DNA from: Bacillota bacterium
GTDB taxonomy: Bacteria; Bacillota; Clostridia; TANB77; CAG-465
DNA length: 32,000 nt
Direction: 5' to 3'
NCBI GenBank assembly: GCA_023460515.1
Contig: JAEWPS010000038.1
Coordinates: forward strand, 93,338-125,337
The position numbers and the translations under genes are program-made. The notes under the pieces are model-generated. The model was given only the letters and a program-made list of their open reading frames with translations. It had not been told where the DNA came from and did not search any database. This document shows, one piece after another, positions 10,886 to 20,865 of the stretch; within the stretch, counting starts at the first letter, position 1, and each line of letters begins with the position of its first letter.

Positions 10886-11503
10886 ATGAAACAAAAGATT
10901 AAAGGTTTAAATATTCCACTAATAATATGTATATTTTCAGTAATATTACTATCATTATATACTTCAATAGGGTTATATAATAAAAGTAAAACAGTAGAAA
11001 ATTCATTTAGACTGCATGTTGTAGCAAATAGTAATAGTATAGAAGATCAATTAATAAAATTGAAAATAGCAGATAAAATTGAAAATTTCATTAATACTTT
11101 AATAAATAAGGAAAATATAACAAAAAATGAAATATACAATACTTTACATTCTAACATAGACCAAATACTAACAATTTCAAATGAAGAACTAAAAAAAAGT
11201 AATATAACTTACTCTTCTAATGCAAAACTTGGAAAGATATATTATGAAGAAAAGGAGAATATTTATACAACAATGGATGATGGATCTTATGACAGCTTAC
11301 AGATACTTTTGGGTGATGCAAAAGGAAAAAATTATTGGAATCTCATATTTCCTAATAAGGACAAAATAAAAAATTTAGAAGGATTAGAAAATATTCTACC
11401 TGGTATATCTAATCTATACGAAAATGAAGAATCGATAGAAGAAAATAATTTAGAACCTACATATTCTTTTAAAATTTTAGAAATAATTGAAAATATTTTT
11501 TAA
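10886..11503 (+). CDS. spoIIR: Stage II sporulation protein R
   Basis: N-terminal signal anchor followed by the FRLHVVANSNSIEDQLIKLKIADKI motif characteristic of SpoIIR. AGGTGA RBS. Confidence 0.85.
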   Translation: MKQKIKGLNIPLIICIFSVILLSLYTSIGLYNKSKTVENSFRLHVVANSNSIEDQLIKLKIADKIENFINTLINKENITKNEIYNTLHSNIDQILTISNEELKKSNITYSSNAKLGKIYYEEKENIYTTMDDGSYDSLQILLGDAKGKNYWNLIFPNKDKIKNLEGLENILPGISNLYENEESIEENNLEPTYSFKILEIIENIF

Positions 11504-11586
11504 ATTTTTCAAATTAGTTGCATTTGCAACATAAGTTTATCTTAGATATAGTATAATATTAGTGTAAATTTAGGAGGTATAAATAA

Positions 11587-12297
11587 ATGGATAAATTTAA
11601 TAGCAATCAAAAAATAAAAGATATAGTTACAAAATTTCCAAAGGCAGCTGATGTATTAAAAAAATTTAAAATTGACTTTTGTTGTGGTGGTGATAGACCT
11701 TTAATTGTAGCAATAAATAACCAAGACCTTGATGAAAAAGAAATATTAGATACTTTAAATACGATGTATGAAAATTTTGCTAATAATAAAACAAATCAAA
11801 GTAACGATTGGACAAGTGTATCTTTAACAGATTTAATCGACCATATTGTAAATACACATCATTCATATCTTTATGAAAATCTACCGGTAATAAGTGAGCT
11901 TTTAACTAAAACATTAAGAGCACATGGAAACGCTCATCCAGAGATTCAAGAAGTTTACAAATTATTTCATTTGTTAAAAATGGAACTAGATTCTCATTTA
12001 ATAAAAGAAGAAACCGTTCAGTATCCAGCTATAGAAGAATACGAAAAAAGTAACTCAATTGCTGACTTAGAAAATGCTATTCTAATTTCTAAAGAATTAG
12101 AAACTGAACATACTGGGGCTGGAGATATATTAAAAAAATTAAGAAAAATAACTAATGAATATATTATTCCTGCTGATGCGTGTAATACATATAAATTAAC
12201 TTATGAAAAACTAGAAGATTTAGAATCGGATTTATTTGAACATATACATCTAGAAAATAACATATTATTTCCAAGATTATATAGCCTTAAAAAATAA
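11587..12297 (+). CDS. ric: Iron-sulfur cluster repair di-iron protein (RIC; ScdA/YtfE family)
   Basis: N-terminal ScdA_N motif KFKIDFCCGG, followed by hemerythrin-like His/Glu repeats (HH..LYE, H..KEE, EH, H..LEN..LFP). AGGAGG RBS. Confidence 0.85.
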   Translation: MDKFNSNQKIKDIVTKFPKAADVLKKFKIDFCCGGDRPLIVAINNQDLDEKEILDTLNTMYENFANNKTNQSNDWTSVSLTDLIDHIVNTHHSYLYENLPVISELLTKTLRAHGNAHPEIQEVYKLFHLLKMELDSHLIKEETVQYPAIEEYEKSNSIADLENAILISKELETEHTGAGDILKKLRKITNEYIIPADACNTYKLTYEKLEDLESDLFEHIHLENNILFPRLYSLKK

Positions 12298-12306
12298 TTA
12301 TATATA

Positions 12307-12339
12307 AGATGATAGATAATCTCTATCATCTATTTTTTA
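12307..12339 (+). terminator. Rho-independent terminator of ric
   Basis: Perfect 10-bp stem agatgataga / tctatcatct followed by ATTTTTT. Confidence 0.7.
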
Positions 12340-12346
12340 ATTGCAT

Positions 12347-12397
12347 AAAAAAATAGTTGTAATTCAAGTTTTTAAACTTACATACAACTATTTTTTA
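12347..12397. terminator. Second, bidirectional hairpin, probably the terminator for the DUF378 gene
   Basis: Stem aaaaaatagttgta / tacaactatttttt with a nested aagttt/aaactt pairing. Confidence 0.5.
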
Positions 12398-12422
12398 AAT
12401 TATAGTTTTGAATTTATAACAT

Positions 12423-12620
12423 CTAGTCTTCTAGTCTTTTGAAAAAGCTAAGTGCCCATAATCCAGCTAAACCAACTATTGTATATATAACTCTAGTTAG
12501 CATAGAATTAGCTCCACCAAATATAGTAGCAACTAAATCTACATTAAAAAGCCCAATACATCCCCAGTTGATAGCTCCTATTATTACAATTACTAAAACA
12601 ATATTATTTAAAACTCTCAT
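12423..12620 (-). CDS. DUF378 family small membrane protein
   Basis: Has the GAINWGCIGLFNVDLVA motif and two TM helices. Start taken at MRVLNN with a GGAGG RBS 5 nt upstream. Confidence 0.8.
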   Translation of the reverse strand: MRVLNNIVLVIVIIGAINWGCIGLFNVDLVATIFGGANSMLTRVIYTIVGLAGLWALSFFKRLED

Positions 12621-12723
12621 AATTACCTCCAATTGAAATATAACTTTCCATTAATATTTTATGCAAATATATATCAATTATACTTTAAATTGAGTTTTTG
12701 AAAAAATTTAAAAATTTCTATAT

Positions 12724-13536
12724 TTATTTATTTTTAAATTGTTCATATAATAATATAGTAGCAGCGCATGCAACATTTAGAGATTCAACATTTTCTTCCA
12801 TTGGTATTTTAACCAGTTTATCACACTTTTCAATAATTTTTTGAGATATACCATTTGCTTCATTACCTACTACGAAAGCACATTTACCTTTGAACAAATC
12901 ATTAGATATATAATTATCTGTTTGAAGTGATGTTCCAATTATATTATAACCTATATTCTTTATTTTATTTAAAGACTCGTTTAATTCATTATCGTGAACA
13001 TATATAATATTAACTTTAAAAATTGATGCCATAGTTGAACGTAAAACTTTTTGAGAAAATACATCTGTTGTTCCATCTAAACAAATTATATTTTTTACAT
13101 TAAAACTAATAGCAGTTCTTATTATTGTACCAACATTACCTGCATCTTGTAATCTATCTAATATTATTATATTTGAATTTTTATCTATACTATCTATATT
13201 ACTATTTGGAATCTTGAGTACAGCTAAAATTCCTTGTGTGGAAATTGTATCTGTAAGTGATTTGAAAACATTAGATTCAATATTTAATATTTCTAAATCA
13301 TCTATTTTTTCTAATTTATTTATAACCTCAATACCGCCATTTGTTTTATTTAGTATATCATAAGAGCAAGCGATAGACACTATATCTATCGCCTTTTTTT
13401 TATACATATCTAATAATTCACTTACTACTTTTATACCTTCCAAATAGTATTCATTATATTCTTGTCTAAATTTTTTTTCATTTAAACTTTTTATATATTT
13501 TACTTTTTGATTTGATTTACTAGTTATATTTTCCAT
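12724..13536 (-). CDS. TrmH/SpoU family RNA 2'-O-methyltransferase
   Basis: C-terminal SpoU methylase motifs DRLQDAGNVGTIIRTA, FVVGNEANGIS and PMEENVESLNVACAATILLYE. Confidence 0.85.
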   Translation of the reverse strand: MENITSKSNQKVKYIKSLNEKKFRQEYNEYYLEGIKVVSELLDMYKKKAIDIVSIACSYDILNKTNGGIEVINKLEKIDDLEILNIESNVFKSLTDTISTQGILAVLKIPNSNIDSIDKNSNIIILDRLQDAGNVGTIIRTAISFNVKNIICLDGTTDVFSQKVLRSTMASIFKVNIIYVHDNELNESLNKIKNIGYNIIGTSLQTDNYISNDLFKGKCAFVVGNEANGISQKIIEKCDKLVKIPMEENVESLNVACAATILLYEQFKNK

Positions 13537-13549
13537 AGCTCATCCTTTT

Positions 13550-14683
13550 TTACTTTGCAGGTGTTGTATTTTGTGTATCTGTTGTTGTATTTGTGTCTGT
13601 ATTTGTATTACTGTTTGTATTTGTATCAGTTTTTCCTGTAGAATCATCAGTAGTTTTTGCTTTTACTCCAGTTATAGTTTCTACAACTTTAGCAAGTAAA
13701 GCTTCATCAATTTTCATGTTCATACTTTTACCCATTTCATCTATTTTTTTAGAAGCAATATCATTTCTATCTGTATCTGAATGAACTCTTCCACCAGCAA
13801 CTTTTTCATCTAATTTTATTATATGATATCCATAACTAGTTTCAACTAATGCAGTTGTTGTTGCTCCAACAGCTAAAGTTTTAACAGCATCTCTATATTG
13901 TGTTGCTGTATTTTCGTCTAGATACATTTTATATAATCCACCATTTTCTTTTGTTCCAGTGTCTTCACTTAATTCTTTTGCAAGTTTTGCAAAGTCTTCA
14001 CCAGCTAATACTCTAGCAAGTGCTGCTTGTGCTTTAACTTTTACTTCTGCTTTTTTATCATCTGTCATTGCTGCGTTAGTTTGTGGATCTATTGTTGAAA
14101 ATAATATATGACGAGTTATAAACTCATTCATATCTACAGTCTCACCATAAGTTGTTTTCAAATATGTAGCAACTTCTTCATCTGGAAGATCCTTTTTTAT
14201 TTTTTCAATATACGCTGTTATTATATAATCATTATAATATAATTGTTTCATTTTGTTTGGATCTATACCATCTTTAGTAAATTTTTTAATTTGAGCTTCA
14301 TCTTTAAATATTTCTTCTACTTTTGCTTTATCATCATCACTTAAAGTAGTTCCAGCCTCTTTAGCTTTCATAAGTAATATTTTATCTACTCCTGCTTTAT
14401 TTGCAATTTGAGATGGAATATCCGCTGCTGCGTATCCATAATATTCTAACATTGGTGCAAATGTTTTATAGTATATTGTGAATTCTGAAGTTGTTAAACT
14501 TCCTCCATCAAATTTAACTACTGGCTTTAAATTATTATTGTAGTAGAACCATCCAAATAATCCAAGTGCAATAACAATTACAGTTGTAGCAATTATAGTA
14601 ATCACTTTTTTATCACTAGAAGCATCTATCTTTATACTTTTTTTGATATCTACCTCTTTTAATGATTTTTCTTTTTCGTCCAT
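13550..14683 (-). CDS. Membrane-anchored parvulin-type peptidyl-prolyl isomerase (PrsA/SurA-like) with a Thr/Asn-rich tail
   Basis: N-terminal TM anchor. PpiC motifs RHILFS...SYGYHIIKL. C-terminal TDTNTNSNTNTDTNTTTDTQNTT. Lies immediately downstream of mfd, as in many Firmicutes. Confidence 0.85.
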   Translation of the reverse strand: MDEKEKSLKEVDIKKSIKIDASSDKKVITIIATTVIVIALGLFGWFYYNNNLKPVVKFDGGSLTTSEFTIYYKTFAPMLEYYGYAAADIPSQIANKAGVDKILLMKAKEAGTTLSDDDKAKVEEIFKDEAQIKKFTKDGIDPNKMKQLYYNDYIITAYIEKIKKDLPDEEVATYLKTTYGETVDMNEFITRHILFSTIDPQTNAAMTDDKKAEVKVKAQAALARVLAGEDFAKLAKELSEDTGTKENGGLYKMYLDENTATQYRDAVKTLAVGATTTALVETSYGYHIIKLDEKVAGGRVHSDTDRNDIASKKIDEMGKSMNMKIDEALLAKVVETITGVKAKTTDDSTGKTDTNTNSNTNTDTNTTTDTQNTTPAK

Positions 14684-14744
14684 TTTTAATCCCCTTTTCT
14701 TATAAAATTTTTCATATATATCTATATATACAAATTATAAATAA

Positions 14745-14773
14745 AGTATATCATTTTAAACATATTTTGTCAA
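14745..14773 (-). promoter_or_regulatory. Putative sigma-A promoter of the PPIase gene
   Basis: Minus strand reads TTGACA, 17 nt, TATACT, about 60 nt upstream of the start. Confidence 0.5.
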
Positions 14774-14845
14774 CACTACTAGAAAATATATTTAAATTTT
14801 CACCCAATTTTCAAAATCGAAAAAACTTTTTACAATATTTTCTAA

Positions 14846-17800
14846 TTATTTAGATGTTTTTGTCAAAAGTTCTTTTAAATTTATTTGTATAAACAACAAT
14901 AAATCATTAGAGTTTATATAGTATTTTAATGAATTACTATACTTGTCTGACTCCAAGAAAACGTAATTATTTTTAATATATACTTTTGTTATTCCTATTT
15001 TTCTACATAAATTACGAATCTCAACTATCTTAATTAAATTGTTAACTTCTTTTGGTAAATCTCCAAATCTATCTAAGAATTCATCCACGACATTTATTAT
15101 TTCTTGTTCATCTGCGGCTTCAGAAATTTTATGATACATTGTAATCTTTTGCATCAAATTAGGTATATAACTATTTGGAATATATGCAGATATTGGTATA
15201 TCTATTTTAACCTCTTGAAGGTTTATACTATCTTCTAATTTTCCTTCTTTTTCTTGTTTAATAGCTTTTTCAAGCATACTTAAATATAATTCATAACCAA
15301 CAGAAGCCATATGACCATGTTGTGCTTTTCCAAGTATGTTACCAGCTCCACGTATCTCTAAATCTCTCATTGCTATTTTAAAACCACTACCGAATTCGGT
15401 AAAATCTTTAATCGCTTTAAGTCTTTTTTCAGCTACTTCACTCAAACTTTTATTTTTCTTATATGTAATATATGCATATGCAAGTCTACTAGAGCGTCCA
15501 ACTCTTCCTCTTATTTGATAAAGCGCCGCTAAACCTAATTTATCCGCATTTTCAATTATTATTGTATTTGCATTTTGAATATCTATTCCAGATTCTAAAA
15601 TGGTTGTACATATTATTATATCTATTTCATGATTAATATATCTAGACATTATATCTTCAATTTCTCGTGGACTCATTTGACCATGAGCATATTCAACTTT
15701 AGCATATGGTACCAAAGATCTTACCTTATTAGTTATTTCTTCTATATTATCTACTCTATTATTTATGTAAAAAACTTGGCCATCCCTAGACAATTCTCTT
15801 TCTATTGCATTTTTTATTATCTCACTATCGTATTCTAGTACATAAGTATGTACAGGCATTCTCTCAAGAGGTGGGGTTGTTAAACTACTCATTCCCCTTA
15901 TTCCTATCATTGACATATGTAATGTTCTAGGAATAGGTGTTGCTGTCATAGATAAAACATCAATTGTTTCTTTATATGTTTTTATACTCTCTTTATCTTT
16001 AACACCAAATCTATGTTCCTCATCTATTATAAGTAAGCCTAAATCTTTAAAAAATACATCCTTAGATAATATTCTATGTGTACCTACTATAATATCTATT
16101 TTACCGTCTATTAAATCTTCAAGTATTTTTTTCTGCTGCTTTGCTGTTCTAAATCTAGATAACATCTCAACTTTTACACTGAACTTTTCCATTCTTTTTT
16201 TAAATGTATTATATTGTTGAAGAGATAGTACGGTTGTTGGTACTAAGTAAGCAACTTGTTTATTATCCATAACAGCCTTAAATGCTGCTCTAATTGCAAC
16301 TTCTGTTTTACCATAACCAACATCTCCACATAATAACCTATCCATGGGTTTTATATCTTCCATGTCTTTCTTAACTTCATTTATTGAAATCCCTTGATCT
16401 TCAGTAAGTTCATATTCAAAACTTTCTTCAAACTCTTTTTGCCAAGGTGTATCTTTTGAAAATGCAAACCCTCTAGTTTTATCTCTTTTTGCATAAAGTA
16501 ACACTAATTCTTTTGCTATTTCTTCAACATGTTGTTTAACTTTTCTTTTTGTATTAGACCATTCTTTATTTCCAAGACTATTTAATTTTGGTAAAGTATC
16601 ATCATCACACATATATTTTTTAACACTATCTAATCCAGATATAGGGACAAATATATATGATCCGTTTAAATATTCTATTTTAATATAATCTAAAGTAACA
16701 CCTTCTACTTCAACTGTCTCTATTCCTCTATATATACCTATACCATGACTTTCATGAACAACGTAGTCTCCTATTACTAAATCTTCAAAAGAGTTAATAG
16801 TTTGACCTATAAAATTAGATTTTTTTAACTTTCTAACATTACTTAATGTCCCTGATACAGGTTCAGATATAACTGTTAGTTTAAAATCATCATAATCAAA
16901 ACCACCAGATAGTATACCTTGAGTTATATATATTTTTCCAGCTTTAAGTTCGGTTCCAAATATATCATCTAAATAAATTACTTTTATTTTACTGTCTATC
17001 AGCATATTTTGGACTTGATGAACCCTAGCAGCAGATGGATATACAAGAAGAATTACATTTTCTTCCCTGGCTTTGATGTCCTGTATAAGTATATCCATTG
17101 AGCTACGAAAAAAGTTAACTTCCCTACAGCTGAAAATCACCTCTTTTCTTTTTGCATGAAGAACTCTATCTGTATTCATTCTTTCCAAATAAACATTAAC
17201 AAGATGTTTAAACTTAAGTTCAACATCTTCGTACATGTACATTTGATGCGTATATGGTATGTATAAGTGATTTTTTTCACTTAATAATTTTAATGTTTCA
17301 ACATTTTCATATATAATATACTTAGATTTTTCTATACATTTTACTGGCTCATCTATATATATAGTATAATTATCTAAATAATCTATAAACGATACAGTAT
17401 CTTTAAAGAAAAGTTCAAAATATTTATCTACTAAATTTTTGCCTTCCCCATTTTCTAATGTTTCTATATCTTTTAAAACTACATTCTTTAATTCACTATT
17501 AATTTTACTACTCAATAAGTTTTTTAACTTGTCTATAACATTATTTGTTTGAGTTTCCGTTATGTTAAATTCACTAGCAAATTGCAAATTAAATGTTTTA
17601 ACGGTCCCCATACTTCTTTGAGTTTCAACATCAAAGGAAGATATTCTATCAATTGTGTTACCAAATAGTTCTATTCTATTTGGCATATCATTATTTATAC
17701 TAAATATATCAATTATATCTCCACGAATAGCAAATTGACCTTTTCCCTCAACATTAGTACATCTTTCGTAACCTAAATTTGTCAATTTAGTAAGTAAATC

Positions 17801-18250
17801 ATTTATATCTATTTTACTATCTATATTAAACTCTAAACTTAGATTTTTGAATTTTTCTATTGGTAACATCTTTTGAAGTATACTATCTATTGTAGTTATA
17901 ATAATTATATTATCTCCGGAAATTATTCTTTGAATAGCGTACATTCTAGCATTCTCAATTTCTTTACTTTCAGCCTCTACATCGTAATATACAATTTCTC
18001 TTGCTGGAAAATATACTATTTCAATTTCACTATAAAACTTAAGATCTTGCATCATCTTTTTAGCTTGAATATTATTGCTACAAACTATACAAGATGGTTT
18101 ATTACTGTATACGTTTAAACTATATACCATATGAGCTTTTTGACTATCTGTAAGTCCAAAAACACTTAAATCTATTTTATCTGATTTAATATCATTTAAT
18201 AAGTTTAAATATTTACTATGTTTTGGCAGATTAACAACTAACTGATTCAT
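14846..18250 (-). CDS. mfd: Transcription-repair coupling factor
   Basis: 1134 aa. Has the CarD/RNAP-interaction region (GDYVVHESHGIGIY), superfamily-2 helicase motifs (GDVGYGKTEVA, DEEHRFG, SMTATPIPRT, QIRGRVGR) and a TRCF domain. Confidence 0.97.
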   Translation of the reverse strand: MNQLVVNLPKHSKYLNLLNDIKSDKIDLSVFGLTDSQKAHMVYSLNVYSNKPSCIVCSNNIQAKKMMQDLKFYSEIEIVYFPAREIVYYDVEAESKEIENARMYAIQRIISGDNIIIITTIDSILQKMLPIEKFKNLSLEFNIDSKIDINDLLTKLTNLGYERCTNVEGKGQFAIRGDIIDIFSINNDMPNRIELFGNTIDRISSFDVETQRSMGTVKTFNLQFASEFNITETQTNNVIDKLKNLLSSKINSELKNVVLKDIETLENGEGKNLVDKYFELFFKDTVSFIDYLDNYTIYIDEPVKCIEKSKYIIYENVETLKLLSEKNHLYIPYTHQMYMYEDVELKFKHLVNVYLERMNTDRVLHAKRKEVIFSCREVNFFRSSMDILIQDIKAREENVILLVYPSAARVHQVQNMLIDSKIKVIYLDDIFGTELKAGKIYITQGILSGGFDYDDFKLTVISEPVSGTLSNVRKLKKSNFIGQTINSFEDLVIGDYVVHESHGIGIYRGIETVEVEGVTLDYIKIEYLNGSYIFVPISGLDSVKKYMCDDDTLPKLNSLGNKEWSNTKRKVKQHVEEIAKELVLLYAKRDKTRGFAFSKDTPWQKEFEESFEYELTEDQGISINEVKKDMEDIKPMDRLLCGDVGYGKTEVAIRAAFKAVMDNKQVAYLVPTTVLSLQQYNTFKKRMEKFSVKVEMLSRFRTAKQQKKILEDLIDGKIDIIVGTHRILSKDVFFKDLGLLIIDEEHRFGVKDKESIKTYKETIDVLSMTATPIPRTLHMSMIGIRGMSSLTTPPLERMPVHTYVLEYDSEIIKNAIERELSRDGQVFYINNRVDNIEEITNKVRSLVPYAKVEYAHGQMSPREIEDIMSRYINHEIDIIICTTILESGIDIQNANTIIIENADKLGLAALYQIRGRVGRSSRLAYAYITYKKNKSLSEVAEKRLKAIKDFTEFGSGFKIAMRDLEIRGAGNILGKAQHGHMASVGYELYLSMLEKAIKQEKEGKLEDSINLQEVKIDIPISAYIPNSYIPNLMQKITMYHKISEAADEQEIINVVDEFLDRFGDLPKEVNNLIKIVEIRNLCRKIGITKVYIKNNYVFLESDKYSNSLKYYINSNDLLLFIQINLKELLTKTSK

Positions 18251-18284
18251 GACTTCCCCCTTCTAAAAGATTTAAATACCAAAT

Positions 18285-18725
18285 TTAACTCTTGTAAAAA
18301 TCATATTTATTTTCAGATTCTAATATTTCTCTTGCAAATAGTCCTACATTGCCGTATCCTGCTATTAGTTTATTATTTGTATCTAGAACAAAATCTACAT
18401 TCAACCATTCAAAAATTCCTTCTTCGTTTTCTTCAAAATTAGATTCTTTTATAATATCATATAAAACATTTAATTCAATATTAGAATTTTGTTTTAACAT
18501 ATCATTTTCTGGGTATATATGTGTTACTAAAAGTTTAGGATTAAATAAACTTACATTTACCTCTTCCATTGTTTCGCGTATGCAACATTCCAAAACACTT
18601 TCATCACCTTCAATTTTTCCGCCAATTCCATTATATAACCCTATATATGGTTTTTTCTTTCTTTTTATTAATAATATTTTTGACATATCCTCATTAAATA
18701 ATAATATAACTACAAATCTTTTCAT
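18285..18725 (-). CDS. NUDIX hydrolase
   Basis: Nudix box GGKIEGDESVLECCIRETMEEVNV. AGAGGTG RBS. Only 11 nt after the topB stop. Confidence 0.85.
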   Translation of the reverse strand: MKRFVVILLFNEDMSKILLIKRKKKPYIGLYNGIGGKIEGDESVLECCIRETMEEVNVSLFNPKLLVTHIYPENDMLKQNSNIELNVLYDIIKESNFEENEEGIFEWLNVDFVLDTNNKLIAGYGNVGLFAREILESENKYDFYKS

Positions 18726-18736
18726 AAAAACACCTC

Positions 18737-20729
18737 TTAATAACCAATATTTTTAAATTTATTAACTTTTGTACAAATATATTTTTCTAGTTTATTCATA
18801 AACTCTTCTGGCTGTATCTCACCATCTGCGACCATATTTAAACCTTTTTCCCAGCTTGCAGTAAGTTCTGGATTAAGTAAATCGTTCATTGATGACTTAA
18901 CTATATCATATACTGCCTCACCTTTTTTAGTAGGAGTAAGTATTTGAGTTTTTTTATTTGAAGATATATATCCTATTCTTTCTAATTTTTTAATAATTTC
19001 AGCTCTAGTAGCACTTGTGCCAATGCCAGCAGATTTTATTTGTTCCCTTAGTTTATCATCTTCAATAAGTTTACCTGCATTCTCCATAGCAAGAATAATA
19101 GAACCAGAATTATATCTAGTAGAAGGACTTGTCTCACCTGTTTTGATTTCAATACTATTTAAGGCTATTTTCTGACCTTTTTTCAAGCTTTTTAAAATTT
19201 CAATATTGTTTTCAACTTCTGCCTCAGCTTCTTCTTTATTTTCACTAACTTCTTCATCATCTTTTATAATTTTCTTTGAATTTTCTTCTTTTTCTTTATT
19301 TACAACTTCTAAATATCCTTCTTCAATACATACTTTTCCTGATGTATAAAAGCTTTCTTTATTATTTTCAGTACTTACATCTATAACTACATTTATTTTA
19401 CTAAACTGAGCCGGTGGATAAAATATACATAAAAATCTTATTATAACCATATTAAATATATTTTTTTCCAGATCAGATAAACTATTATAGTTTTCAAAAC
19501 CTTGACCAGTTGGAACTAATGCATAGTGATCTGTTACTTTAGAATCATTAACATATTTTGTTTTAAGTAAATCTGTAGAATATTTTTCTACTATCATTTT
19601 ATCTAGTATTTCTTTAATATATTCTTGTTTATTACCTTTTACTATACCATTTAAATTCTTGCTAATTTCTTTTGCTGCTGAAGTAGATAGTACTCTAGCA
19701 TCAGTTCTAGGATAGGTAAGCATCTTTTTTTCATATAAAGTTTGAGCGACTTTTAAAGTATCGTCTGGACTTATTTTAAATCTTCTTGTACACTCATTTT
19801 GAAGTTCTGCTAAGTTAAATAGAAGTGGAGCATTTTCCTTTATAGTTTTTTTAGTGATTTCAGATATACTTGTATTTTCTTTGTTTTTTAATATATATTC
19901 TTTTGCTTCTATTGCAAAATTTTCTTTTAAAAAACCAGATTCATTATATAGTAATGGTGAATTAAAATATGCAGATTTTTCGCTTACTTTCCAATCTGCT
20001 AAAAAATTACTTTCAGCTGAAAAACTACCTTCTAATTTATAAAACTTTAATTTAGTAAAATCTCTTATTTCTCTCTCTCTATTAACTATCATACCTAATA
20101 CACAAGTCATTACTCTACCTATAGATATAACTGCTTTTTCTTCTTCCATTTTCTTAGCTAAACTTTTACCATAAACAACAGATAAAAGCCTAGAAAAATT
20201 TATACCAATTAAATAATCTTCTTTTGCTCTTAAATATGCGCTATTAGCTAAAGCATCGTAATCACTAAGTGCTTTAGCATCTTTTATTCCATTTAATATG
20301 GCTTCTTCTGTTTGAGAATCGATCCAAACTCTTCTTTTATCTTTGCATTTAACATTCGCCATACTATCTACAAGTCTATATATATACTCTCCTTCTCTTC
20401 CTGAGTCGGTACAAACATAAATAGTTTCTATATCTTCTCTATTTAATAATTTACTTACTATATTAAATTGAGCAGAGACACTATCTATTACTTCATATTT
20501 GTATTCTTTAGGTACAAAAGGAAGTGTATATATATTCCAAAACTTTAATTTTTCATCATATTTATCTGGATAACTCATTGTAACTAAATGTCCGTACACA
20601 CCAAGTTATAACGTAATCTTCAGATTCTAAATAACCGTTTTGTACTCTGGCATCTACTTTCAGTACCCTAGCAAATTCTTTAGCTACACTAGGTTTCTCT
20701 GATATTATTAACTTCTTTATATTATTCAC
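18737..20729 (-). pseudogene. topB: DNA topoisomerase III interrupted by a +1 frameshift within 20594-20600
   Basis: The upstream frame gives the Toprim N-terminus KKLIISEKPSVAKEFARVL...YVITWCV. The downstream frame continues GHLVTMSYPDKY... through the full type IA core. GTG start at 20727-20729 with a GAGGT RBS. Confidence 0.85.
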
Positions 20730-20865
20730 CCACTTAACCTCTACATTATACAATAAAAATAGGGTGAAATCAAGTAAACAGTAAAAAAATACCTTTAACA
20801 TAATATAGATTATATCTATATATATATTAAAAGTATTATATGCAAATTAATAATTATATCTCTTC

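Noticed and set aside
20745-20773. TTGATT-17-TATAAT promoter-like sequence on the minus strand just upstream of topB.
   Set aside because: The -10 ends only 2 nt before the GAGGT ribosome-binding site. The predicted transcription start would therefore fall inside or beyond the RBS. It is likely a chance match, or it implies an unusual leader. Not reported as a feature.
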